Source of the DNA: Callorhinchus milii
Taxonomy: Eukaryota
Length of the DNA: 64,000 nucleotides
Assembly: GCF_018977255.1 (NCBI RefSeq)
Contig: NW_024704743.1
Coordinates: forward strand, 47,804,001 to 47,868,000
Direction: 5' to 3'
Below, one piece after another: positions 25,081 through 36,624 of the stretch. Numbering within the stretch: the stretch's first letter is position 1; every line of letters starts with the position of its first letter. Below the pieces are notes generated by a model, which saw only the letters and a list, made by a program, of their open reading frames with translations, was not told the DNA's origin and searched no databases. Made by a program: the position numbers and the translations under genes.

Positions 25081-25654
25081 GATAATTGGTCATTTGGCAT
25101 GAGAGAAGTGCGGGCTTGAAACCTCACTCGGAGATCACATGTGCCAACTTTCTGTTGGGCAACACAGCTCAGCATGAAATGCATGAAAGTATTGCCACCA
25201 TTTTCCTGCTCCCAATACTCATTTATGATTTTGAGCACTTGGGCATTCAGAAAAGTGGCTTCCTCTTGCCCACTTGCAAAGTTCTGGATCAAACAGTGAG
25301 GTTGTGGGTAAACAGATAAAGCATATAGAACTCTGAAGCTCATAAATGCTCCCCCGCTGGGTTCCATGATCTCACTTCTCCACAGCTCCCCTGGCTCCCT
25401 CTCCCTCAACAGATACATTTAAGATCCTTATCCTTACCTTGAAATATCTCCATGGCTTGGCCCAATCTACCTTTACAATCTCCTGTCACCCTAGTTCCTT
25501 GGCCAGTTCATCTGCTTCTCCAATTCCACGATACTTCAAAGCATCACCAATTCTGCCCCACTATCGACAGGTAAGCTTTCAGCCACTTTGCCTCCATTTT
25601 CTAGAACTTTCTTTTGATATCACTCCATCTCCCCACACCCCCATCTCTGTTTTT

Positions 25655-25905
25655 GTTAACTCTGTAAGCCCAAGCCCTAATAGCTTTGGTGGTCCTAGCT
25701 GGACAAACAAGAGGAAGCTTGCCAAATAGTGTTCTCAATTGCAGGCTATGTAATTTTAGTTGGTTAAACTCCAACATTGCCTGTAACATGCACTCTGGGG
25801 TTCTCAATCCTTGGCTTTGCCAACCTGTGCCTAATACTTTCTGGAATTAGCAAGGGAGAGAGTCCATATTCCATTCGAGACACCGGGAAATTCTATGTGT
25901 AGGTC
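25655..25905 (+). repeat. Partial copy of the ~580-bp repeat
   Basis: aagccctaa..ggtggtcctagctggacaa..ctaatactttctggaattag. Confidence 0.8.
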
Positions 25906-26333
25906 GCATTCATACTATGAACTTGGATTTATTGAGTGGGAGAAAATGCGAGCTAAAGAGCAGAAAGAAAGACCAAACCATCCAGCGATGGAATAAAACA
26001 TGGAGGAATATGGGAGAGAGAAAGACATCTCAGATCCTACACACAATCATTGTGGATGAGTAGAAATTGTGGCTGGAGTGAGACTGATGTTTTGTGTCAA
26101 CAGATGTTCAGGTGCATTTTAACACTGTGATTTATAATACGTGATTTCTGGAGTCTTGAGGGTTAAGAATCAGAACTCAAATTAAATAATCTTAATATTA
26201 TTACTAACATAGTACAATTTACAATACAATCTACACTTCTACGTCGCCTTTGATTCGGGAGGACGTCCGAAAGCGTTGACCTTTGACAACATGCAACTTA
26301 ATAAATTGCACGCAGCAAAGAAGCCGAGCCAAG

Positions 26334-26608
26334 CCCCCTCCCCTGCTCTCCCCGCCCCCCCCCTCCTGCTCTCCCCCCCCCCCCTCCCTGCTCTCCCCGC
26401 CCCCCCTCCTGCTCTCCCCCCCTGCTCTCCCCCCTCCCCTGCTCTCCCCGCCCCCCCCTCCTGCTCTCCCCCCTGCTCTCCCCCTCCCCTGCTCTCCCCG
26501 CCCCCCACTGCTCTCTCCCCCCCTCCCTGCTCTCCCCGCCCTCCCCCTCCTGCTCCCCCCCCCTCCCTCCCTGCTCTCCCCCCCCCTGCTCCCCCTCCCC
26601 TGCTCTCG
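26334..26608. repeat. C-rich minisatellite (CCC..CCTGCTCTCCCC units)
   Basis: Repeated CCTGCTCTCCCC(G)CCC units visible directly; almost purely pyrimidine on the + strand. Confidence 0.95.
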
Positions 26609-26619
26609 CTGACCTTGCA

Positions 26620-26920
26620 GACTGGGAGGAAGGAGAAGTTGCGCAATGTATCAGCGCGGAGAGAGGGGAGACGGGGAGACTGCGAGCGGCGGCGGCGGCG
26701 GCGGGGAGTGGGGAGTGGGGGCACCGCGTGCGCTGCTGATTGGATGGAGAGAGAGCTGGTCCCGCCTGCCCTGTGCAGGGCCCCCCCGAGGACTGGTGTC
26801 TCCAGCTGTCAATCAGAGATCGACCCCCCCCCACACCCCCCCCCCCCGCCCTGACTTCCGCCGGCGCTGACAGGGATAGGCTGCCACAGGGGAGGAGGAG
26901 CGGGTCGGGGAGGCTGAAGC
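26620..26920 (+). promoter_or_regulatory. HIBADH CpG-island promoter / 5' UTR
   Basis: CpG-rich. C/EBP palindrome TTGCGCAA at 26639-26646, reverse CCAAT (CTGATTGG) at 26736-26743, GC box CCCCGCCC at 26844-26851, ETS core ACTTCCG at 26854-26860, all upstream of the ATG. Confidence 0.75.
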
Positions 26921-26990
26921 ATGGCGACCATCATCAGGAGGTCCGCGGGCTTCTTGCTGAAATGCAGCAGCTATGTCCGTCACGTCACTG
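26921..26990 (+). CDS. HIBADH: 3-hydroxyisobutyrate dehydrogenase, coding exon 1 (mitochondrial presequence)
   Basis: agcATGG start; MATIIRRSAGFLLKCSSYVRHVT is Arg/Ser-rich with no acidic residues, like a transit peptide. Donor G|GTAAGG at 26991, phase 1, joining exon 2 in frame (G+TG=Val). Located in a CpG island. Confidence 0.85.
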
Positions 26991-27059
26991 GTAAGGTATT
27001 GGCCTCTCGATTGGAAAGAAGCGCTGGTTTCAGTTGGCAGCTCCTGCACAGGGGCTGGT

Positions 27060-27746
27060 GTCGGGAGGAGGGGTCGGGAGGGGAGGGGTCGGGAGGGGGG
27101 GGTCAGGAGGAGGAGGAGGGGAGTGGGAGGGGGGTGTCAGGAGGAGGAGGGGGGGGTGTCAGGAGGAGGAGGGGGGTGTCAGGAGGAGGGGAGTGGGTGT
27201 CAGGAGGAGGGAGGGGGGGTGTCAGGAGGAGGGAGGGGGGGTGTCAGGAGGAGGGGAGGGGGTGTCAGGAGGAGGGGAGTGGGAGGGGTGTCAGGAGGAG
27301 GAGAGGGGTGTCAGGAGGAGGGGAGTGGGTGTCAGGAGGAGGGGAGTGGGTGTCAGGAGGAGGGGAGTGGGTGTCAGGAGGAGGAGGGGGGTGTCAGGAG
27401 GAGGGGAGTGGGAGGGGGTGTCAGGAGGAGGGGAGAGGGGGGGGTGTCAGGAGGAGGGGAGAGAGGGGGTGTCAGGAGGAGGGGAGTGGGGGGGGTGTCA
27501 GGAGGAGGGGAGAGAGGGGGTGTCAGGAGGAGGGGAGTGGGTGTCAGGAGGAGGGGGGGGTATCAGGAGGAGGGGAGTGAGAGGGGGTGTCAGGAGGAGG
27601 GGAGGGGGGTGTCAGGAGGAGGGGAGAGAGGGGGTGTCAGGAGGAGGGGAGAGGGAGGGTGTCAGGAGGAGGGGAGAGAGGGGGTGTCAGGAGGAGGGGA
27701 GTGGGGGGGGTGTCAGGAGGAAGGAGTGGGGGGGGGGGAGTGTCAG
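27060..27746. repeat. G-rich minisatellite (GGGGTGTCAGGAGGAGGGGA.. units, about 27 copies) at the start of HIBADH intron 1
   Basis: About 27 copies of GTCAGGAGG counted by eye, with variable G/A spacers of 20-27 nt. Confidence 0.97.
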
Positions 27747-29999
27747 CCTGAAGCCTGGATATCCACTGCACTGAGGATTGCACCCCTCAGGTCAGGTGTA
27801 AACAGGCGCCACCTGAGTGGGAAGACTTGAGGGCGTTTCTGTTGCACGTCGACGCGGTGCAAAATTTGCAAGGATTCGCCGGTCTACATTTTTCTTTCCT
27901 CTCTTATTGCGCCCCAGTGCACATTTGGAAGGTGACCCGAAACCATCGGGGCAGTGACAGCCGAACATCTCTCCTTTTGCAATGGCGTATAACGTGCTGT
28001 GTGGGTGGGCATTTGTGCACCAGTGCAGTTTGGTGGGTTTCTTTCGGTGCTGCTGATGCTGCTCGAAGCGGCACTTTACTTCTGCGATAGAGAGTGAAAT
28101 GATCAGAAAGTCATTACTGTGGCGGTGTCCGCTAAGATGTGTCGCTTTTCGGATGCAAATACTGCCTATGTTTTTGAAGGTAAAACACTGCTTCAGAAAG
28201 TCCCCATTTTACTTGGAAAGGAAGCACAAGGCTTTTGCAGTGCTTATTAAACACATTTCATTTTTTTTTGTCATTCCCTGTGGAAGTATCGAATTCCTGG
28301 TTGAAGTTGGTACAGGATTGACATTGTTACATTTTGAGATCTGTTCTGATCACTCTGTCACTTTCGTATCTGCTGAGGTTTTCAAGGGCTACTTTTTTTG
28401 TATCCATAGTAATTAATTTTCGCCATCTCTGGAGTACAGATACGCATCCTCACTCAGTCTTTGTAGGAATTTCGCAGTGCAGGCCAAACTTAGTACTGTT
28501 ACACCCAAATTATTAGTCTATCCAAAGTTAAAATATTTTTTACGGTGATTATCATTACAAATGTCAATGTTATTAGTAATGTCATGTCTTTCTGAAGACT
28601 ATTTGTTGATATTTTTCTTTTTAATAGGTTACATTATTTAGTCAACTGAACTTGTTGTCTGCAAACTAAATAACTAACAAATTATATTATTATTTTGTTT
28701 ATTTTAACATTACAGTTATGCAGAACCTAATTAGTTACTGCATAACATTTTAAATACCCCATTGTTTTTTGTTACTCCTACATGTGAGCTGCTTCCTGCG
28801 CTTGGTCTGTGAACGTTTCTGTGAATTGTGCACATTATAGTTGGCATCCCTATACAACAACAGTGTTTTTTTCAAAATACATCCCACTCTGCACCGAACA
28901 AAACATTTACCCAATGCAGTGGGTTCAAGTATTCAGTTAAAAAGTCCAGTACTGGCTTAACCAATGGGCAAATTTGATGGTTTGAGAACAGCACGATGCT
29001 TTCTTTACTACAGTAGTTTGCAGTTCAGAAATAATTTACGTATTTGGACAATGGCAGTGTCTGATCGCATCATCCAAAGTTGAATTTGATTGGCCACAAT
29101 ATGCAGTGATGTCTCAAGAAGTTGTAATACTTTCAGCTGGCAGAGGACTTCACTAATTCTAATTGATTTCTCTGTTCAAAATCCAATTATCAGCTAAGCC
29201 CATTAATTTAGAGTCTGGCATTACCGTGCTCTCTAATTTTACCAACTGTCACTGGGGGTAAACAGATACCGAATGTCAGGAAGTAATAATAATAATCCTT
29301 GCATTTGATAGAAGTTTACCTAGGAACCTGGTTGTTAGTCAATTGGCAGATCACTTTCACTGGGGGTAATAATCCCTTTTAAAAACAAAAAAGTAGTCAC
29401 TCAGTCCATGACTGTTTGTGAGATGCTGCTGTGTTCAATTGGCTGCTGCATTTCGCCCATAGAATATACAGTCACTTGACAGTAGATTTTGTGAAAGGCG
29501 TTGAGGCAACTCAACAACATGATAAAGCACTATATCAAATCAAAGATTATTATTACACCAACAGAAGAATTAACCATTTTTAGAACTAGTCTCTGAATTC
29601 CTACCCTTAGAAACTGGAGTTAAAATCTTTAAGCAACAGAGAAGAAAAAGATTAATTGAGCTTGTTAAGCAAACCGTAGGCCGCGCAACTTTCAAGAGCG
29701 GGGACATAGTTGTGAAATTCAGAAATTATCTGCCAAACTCAGGTACCTTGACATCATCGGGGAGCCTTAAGTTTTTTGGCAAGACTGACCAAGATATGCA
29801 GCAAAGTCCACAATTGAGACTGCCCCATTAGTGACAGTGAAAGCCATCAAAATGAATGTTTCCCAAATCAATGGCTTTTTGTCCCGCTGCATTAAGAGAA
29901 AGTCATATTTGACCATGCCTATGTTCACATCTCCCTTCTTACCTCTCCCTTCCTTGGCGTCCAATCCCATCTATGGACGTAAAGGGTGTTATATAATTG

Positions 30000-30520
30000 T
30001 AAGCTTATGTCTCCCCACCCGAGAGCAAGATCTCTTTGGGACTGAGCTTGCTCCAAGTGGATATACCTGGCAATGGAATGTTAAAATTGAATTGATCCTC
30101 TTTTGACGGCTCCAGTTCTTGAGCCAGATGGATCCACAGTAATCCAAGGCACTGTTGATGGTGAACCAGTCTGGCTCATCGGCAGGACTTGGAGGGGCAG
30201 GGATTCTTCTCATTCATTTCCTGTTAACCCTGCAAGCCAAAAATCGAACAGAAAGCTTGCTAGGCACCATCACTGGTTAAACATAAACTGTAGTCCAAAG
30301 CACACTCTGGTTCCCAAGCCTTGTCTCTTGCTAATATCACCTGCTTTCTATTATTGTATAACCAGGGCTTATTTTTCCTGGCAGAGTGTGCACTTTTACT
30401 TTTAGGTAAAAGAATTTTCCATGTGTACGTAGCATACATAGGTGGAATATTTAGTCTGGTTTGGATTCTCTTTAAGTGTGTTGATGGCCGAGTTAAACAA
30501 CTGCTGAACAAAAAAAACAC
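30000..30520 (+). repeat. Diverged copy of the ~580-bp repeat in HIBADH intron 1
   Basis: gctccaag..ttcttgagccagatggatcc..cagtctggctcatcggcaggacttgg..agtctggtttggattctc..ctgaacaaaaaaaa. Confidence 0.75.
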
Positions 30521-30699
30521 AATATATCAAAGAGTTGTCTAAGGCTGGTCAGACTCATTTTACTTGGGGGGCTTGAGTGCTGTGTTAGCAAGAGGATTTC
30601 TAACCAATCATTTGGGATGAATTTACATCCGAATCCCAGAACCAACTATATCAGCGGTCCACCTACAGAGCAGTTTAAATAACCCTTTGTGAACAAGTC

Positions 30700-30960
30700 C
30701 CCTGCTTTGCCACCCCACCATTTGCAGGAAAGCCTTCAGCCTCTCTGCCCACTCCCTCTGAAACTCCATCCCACAGTCCCTCCCTTGCTTCCTTCAAGAT
30801 CCTCCTCTTCGACCATGCCTTTAGTCACCCTCCTACCCCTACCCTCCCCGCCCTCCACCTCTCTTGATCTCAACCACCAGCTTGGGTGTGGATCCGTGAC
30901 TGTCCAGCGCCTTGGGATGTCCTCTGGATGAAAGACGCTATACAAATGTAATTTGTTGCT
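30700..30960 (+). mobile_element. L2 3' fragment
   Basis: Matches the 3' end of the 54130-55026 copy (ccttcagcc..tctgccc..actccatcccacagtccct..cagcgccttgggatgtcc..ttgttg). Confidence 0.85.
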
Positions 30961-31149
30961 GTCTGGATAAATAGATAAGGCATTGTGCTCGGCCACTATT
31001 AAATGCTCTGGGATGCTACTCTGAATGAGGCTGCTTTATAAATGTAAGTTGTTGTTGTTATGGTCAATGTGTTTATTGTGCATTAAGAATTTTTTTTATA
31101 AACTTTGGTTTGAAGTGATAAAATGTGAAATGTCTCTCTCTCACTCCCC

Positions 31150-34100
31150 TTTATGTCTCTCCTCTCACCCTCCTCTATGTCTCTCCTCCCATCCCCCTCT
31201 ATCCTCTACTCCCCCTCTGTCCTTCTCTCCCACCGCCCACCCCGCCTTCTCTCTCTCCTCGACCCCATCACCACTTCCCTCTGCTCCAGCCTGGGCATCC
31301 TCTACTGGGCCCATCATGGCTCCCGGCACTGGCTGTCCCAGAGCAGCAAACCCATGTGTCCCATCCCTCACTCCCTCTGCTCAAACCGCCTCCTTAAGGC
31401 AAACCCAACTACCCCTTCCCTCATACGTACCCTCCCAACTCTCCACTCATACCATTCTCCACAACCATCTCTCCTATACAACCCAAAATCACTCTCTCCT
31501 CCCTCCCCCCCACTCCAGCAAACCCACCCGCATTTCCCTCCAAAATGTCCGTTCCCTCTCAAATAAAGCCCTCACCATCCACGACCTCAGCCTGGACGAG
31601 CACCTTGATATTCTTGGGCTCACCGAAACCTGGCTCTCCCCCAATGACCCCGTCTCCCTAGTAGAAGCTGCCCCTCCAGGCTATACCTTCCACCACATCC
31701 CCTGTCCAAACCAATGTGGCGGCGGGGTGGCCTTCATTTTCAAAGCTTCCCTTGGTCTCACCCCCTACTCCTCTGGCTGCTTCCCCTCCTTCGAGCACCT
31801 CACCCTTTTCCACCCCTCTCTCCCTTTGAAAATCCTCCTGTTTACCGCCCCCCGGCTCCTTCCACACAGACATCTCTACTCTCCTCTCTTCCCTGACCCT
31901 CTGCTCCGAGCACCTACTCATAATGGGCAATTTCAACCTCCACCTAAACTCCCCCTGCACCACTTCTGCCGATTTCACTGACCTCTTCTACTCCCTAAAC
32001 CTTATCCTCCTTATAAACTCACCTAGCCACAACCATGGTCATGCCCTTGACCTCATCATCACCCATGGCCTTGACATTTCTGACCTCAGCATAGTGGACA
32101 AGGCCATCTCGGTCCACTTTGTCATCTCCTTCTCCTCTCACATCCCTCTCTCCTCCACCAATCCCTCAACCATCCTCTATCGCCCTTGGAAAAGACTACG
32201 CCCTGAGACCCTCACAGAGGCCCTCTCATCTTCATGCATCCTATCCGTCTGGCCTTCCACCCGTGGAGATCCTGAAGCAACCATCCAGCTGCTCCATGAT
32301 TGCCTCCTCCACTTTCAACTCCCTCGTCCCCCTAAAATCCAGGACCATCTCCAAACGCACCCGATTCCCCTGGTACAACAACCATCTCCGCCGCTAAAAA
32401 ACCCAAACCCGTTTGCTCGAGCACAGATAGCGGAAAACTGCACTGACAGTTCACCGCCAACTGTGGCTCGAGCATCTCCACAGCTACCGCCGTTCTTTGA
32501 CACGCGCAAAAATGGCTTTCTACGCCAACATCATCTTGGAGGCTAAACACAACCCCAAAATCCTTTTTTCCACTACCCACTACCTCCTCCGTGCCCCCCC
32601 TCAGACCTCCTCAATTTTTGTATCAAATGCCAAGTACGAGGAGGTCATGGACTTCTTTTCAACTGAAATACTGAACATCCGCCAGGCAGCCTCATCCACC
32701 TGCCCCTTGTCACCCTTCACCACACCCTCTCTGTCCCCCTCACTCCCCTCATCATCTGCTCCTACCACCACCCCCATTCTACACTCTTTCTTCCCCAACT
32801 CTCTCTCTTCCCTCTCACCCACCATCATCTCCATGAAACCCACCACCTGCTGTCTCAACCCCCTCCCCACCGACTTACTGGTTACACAGCTCCCCCTCCT
32901 CTGCCCACTACTGGCTGACATTATCAACCAGTCCCTCTCCTCCAGATCAGTCCCTGCCTCCCTCAAAACTGCTGTCATCAACCCCCTCCTGAAAAAACCC
33001 TTCCTAGATCCCTCAAACCCCAGCCATTACCGCCCCATTTCTAACCTGCCCTTCCTCTCAAAAGTTCTAGAACGCGTTGTTGCAAACCAACTTCGCACTC
33101 ACCTCTCCTCCCACTCCCTCTTCGAACCCCTCCAGTCCGGTTTCCGCCCACAGTACAGAGACTGCGTTTGTGAAAGTCACAAACGACATCCTTTCTATCT
33201 GTGACCAGGGCTTCCTCTGCCTCCTTGTCCTCCTGGACCTCTCTGCCGCGTTCAACACAGTCGATCACGCCATCCTCCTCCACCGCCTTTCCTCCGTCAT
33301 CCATCTCAGTGGGACCGCACTCGCCTGGATCGAGTCCTACCTCACAAACCGCCAGCAGTATATCTGCACAAATGGCTTCTCCTTCTGCTCTCACCCGGTC
33401 ACCTGTGGGGTACCCCAAGGTTCCATCCTTGGCCCCCTCCTCTTTCTGATCTATATGCTCCCTCTTGGGGATGTCATCCGCAGACATGGCGTACATTTCC
33501 ACATGTATGCAGATGACACCCAACTCTACTTTTCCACCTCTCTTTGCGACCCCCAGGCCCCTGATGTTCTGTCAGCCTGCCTGTCAGATCTCGAGCTGGA
33601 CAAGCGCAAACTTCTTTTAGCTGAAAGTTGACAAGACGGAAGCCATACTCTTTGGCTCTCGTCAATGTCTAAAATCTCACGGTTCTCATCTCCTCCACCT
33701 ACACGACCTCCCCCTAAAACTCTCCGAACCCTTCCCCACCCAGGCGTCAGGTTCGACCCCCAATTATCCTTCCTCCCCCACATCCGGTCCCTCACCAGCA
33801 CCGCTTTCTTCCACCTCCGACGCATCGCCTGTCTCCGCCAATACCTCTCCCCAAAAGCCGCTGAAACTCTGGTCCATGCCTTTGTCACCTCTCGGCTGGA
33901 CTATTCAAATGCCCTCCTCGCCGGTCTCCCCTCCACTACCATCCATAAAATCCAACTCATTCAGAACACTGCCATCCGCATTCTCACCCGCATGAAACTC
34001 CGCTCCCCGATCACCCCAGTCTTTGCCAGACTGCACTGGCTCCCTATCCCAGAGAGGATTGATTTCAAGATCCTCACCCTTGTATTCAAGTCCCTGCACT

Positions 34101-34452
34101 CCTCTGCACCCCCCTATCTCTCTGACCTCCTCTCTCCTCAGCACAGTATCCGTTGCCTTCGTTCCTCCAGGTCAGGCCTCCTCCTTGTCCCTCGAGTCCT
34201 CCGCTCCACCCTCGGTGGCCGTGCCTTTAGCTGCTATGCCCCAAGGCTCTGGAACTGCCTTCCTCTCTCCCTTCGTCTCACTCCCTCCCTTCCCATTTTC
34301 AGGTCTCTGCTGAAGACCTTTCTTTTCGACCGCGCCTTTGGTCACCTTCCCACCCCTCCCCCCGCATGGTCCCGGGATCCTAAACTGTAAAGCGCTCTGA
34401 GACGCGGTCCGGCGTTGAGGGCGCTATATAAATCCCAAGTTGTTGTTGTTGT
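31150..34452 (+). mobile_element. Near full-length L2-clade LINE ORF2 (APE endonuclease + reverse transcriptase), frameshifted
   Basis: Endonuclease motifs LQNVRSL, DILGLTETWL, GGGVAFI, GNFNLH, GHALDLII. RT motifs YRPISNLPFLSKVLERVV, QSGFR, LLDLSAAFNTVDH, GVPQGSILGPLLF, YADDTQLY. L2 C-terminus SRLDYSNALL and LHWLPI..RIDFKIL. 3' stem-loop followed by a (GTT)n tail. Split across several frames. Confidence 0.95.
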
Positions 34453-34491
34453 ATATTAATCTCTCATTGCTAACATGCTTGCATTTGATAG

Positions 34492-34652
34492 TGTCTTCTA
34501 GGTCAATGGCCTCTAAAACCCCAGTGGGATTTATTGGGCTTGGCAACATGGGTAACCCAATGGCAAAGAACCTGATAAAGCATGGCTATCCGGTTGTTGC
34601 TTCTGATGTCTTCCCTGAGTCATGCAAGGAACTACAAGATTTAGGAGCACAG
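34492..34652 (+). CDS. HIBADH: HIBADH coding exon 2 (Rossmann GxGxxG motif)
   Basis: (V)SSRSMASKTPVGFIGLGNMGNPMAKNLIKHGYPVVASDVFPESCKELQDLGAQ. Acceptor tttgatAG at 34490-34491 with branch point GCTAAC; donor CAG|GTAAAA; 161 nt. Confidence 0.96.
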
Positions 34653-36289
34653 GTAAAATTAAAATGGTAACAACACATAAAGTAGTTTCTTCCCTTGATG
34701 TACAATATACCTCCAATTTGAACAGATTAGTGATTAGCAATTAGCAAAAAGTAAATAATAATTCTTGCATTTGATATAAAGTTGTCAAGACGTCTCAAAG
34801 TACCTCACAGGATTTTATTCTGAATCATAGCGAGTTTGTATTTATAGTTAAATGTGGCAGCTAATTTGTGCACAGTGATGTCCCTCAAACAGCCATAAAA
34901 TTAATCACCAATTATATTTGGGGGTTGTTGGCCAGGATACCACAGTGAAAATGACAAGAGGGTACTGTACTTGACAGCGATTTTAGCTAATACCAGAAAG
35001 TTAGTCTAGAATTCAATTTACTAGTCTGACCAGAACACATTTTGTAACTGAGTAACAAACTGTACATATATCCCTACTAGAGATCAATACAAATCTGAAA
35101 AATCTTCAGCAGACTTTCTTTGAAGACCATTAAATTATTTTCATAACCATACTATGAAGATATTTTTGCACATGGGTCTTTACTTTCAAGAATGCTATTC
35201 TTTAAGATTTTTGTTCTTCATTAATTACTGGTACTGATGCTACACAAGACTATTGTAATAGAGGGAGAAAGTATAATGGTGAGAATCGCAAATACAATGT
35301 ACTGACTCATTTGGTAGGAAAACCACTACACATTAATAGTGTGGTGGTTAGACCTCCAATGCAGGGGATACTTATTTTGCCATAAACCTTTATGACTACT
35401 TTCTAAAAAGTAGTCATAAAGTCCCATCCTCCTCAGCTCCCTCCATCTCAGGCTCAGAGTGTTTTAGAGCCCCTCCTAACTTGAGAGGTGCTATATAAAC
35501 GTACATTATTGTTGTTGCATCTCTCATTTGGTATAGGCCAAACTCCAGTACATGCTATATGGAATTAACATTGATCTAACACTAATCTGCAGAATTAGGA
35601 GCCATTTAATGGCTACTAAGTGGATTATTACAAATTGTAAATGGCTATCTGGATTTTCTGTCTATTCAATTTAATTTTTTTTAGAGACTGATGTCCCTCT
35701 GTTAACAACAAATTTAAAGGAACATATTTTGTTTTAGAAATTAGGAAGTAGTCTTAATTACTGCCATAACAATAATCCTTCTGTATTAGTTCAATTTTCA
35801 AATCATTCCCGCTGGAAAAATCCAACTGATTACACAATATAATGTACACTATTTTTACAAGCTGTAATAACAAGAATGTCTTGAATTACATAGTTAAAAA
35901 CATAATGGACTATGGAAAGTAAATTAACAACACTTATTTATACCAAAGGAGAACAGTAGGCAACAGGTTCAGGATTGTACAGGACAATTTTAGGACACAT
36001 ATCTGAAATGATTTCTTAACCTAATCAACAGTATCAGGAAGGATTGTTGAGGTCCAGGTACTGGATATGTTTAACAAACATCTTGATGTTGCAGTGGGCT
36101 GGTATTCTGAAAGAATTGCATAAGGTCAAGGTCCAAAGGGTTCCCGTTCATTCAAATCTCTTTTGAGATGAGGTCATTTTAAACTTGTAAAGTTAAAAGC
36201 AATCGTAGGAGCAAGATCATTAACCATAGTCTCTACAGACAATAGCTTGTATCTTCTGCTTCCATTTATTACATTAATCCATTCACACC

Positions 36290-36624
36290 CTGGCACCTCC
36301 TTATCTCTCCAACCTCCACATTCTCCAATCCACCATCTGGGGCCTCCGCACGACTGGCACCAGCCTCCTACTTGTTCCTCGCACCCTCCACTCCACCATT
36401 GGAGGTTGCGCATTCAGCCACTATACCGCAAAACTCTGGAACACTCCTTCAATTCCTCTGCTTTGTTCCCTCTCTCCCCTTTTTCAAGTCCTGCCTGAAA
36501 ACCTTCCTTTTCGAGTGTGCACCACCCCCACTCCCCTGGCTCGGAGTCAGGCTCCGCCACTGTTAAGTGCTCTGAGACCCTACCCTGCGTGTAGGGTGCC
36601 ATGTAAGTGACAGTTGTTGTTGTA
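36290..36624 (+). mobile_element. Diverged L2 3' fragment in HIBADH intron 2
   Basis: cattcagccactat..ctctggaac..ttcaagtcctgcctgaaaaccttccttttcga, then the tail ttgttgttg. Confidence 0.75.

Noticed and set aside
27806..27820. Reverse-strand CTCF site
   Set aside because: CCACTCAGGTGGCGC has an extra base relative to the core spacing; too weak to call.
26239..27830. Long Gly/Glu/Arg- or Pro-rich ORFs (161-285 aa)
   Set aside because: These arise from stop-free minisatellites. Only 26921-26990 is supported as coding.
31025..34390. Intact, active LINE or a domesticated host gene
   Set aside because: ORF2 is broken into at least five frames, and the YADD-containing segment is not continuous with the endonuclease.
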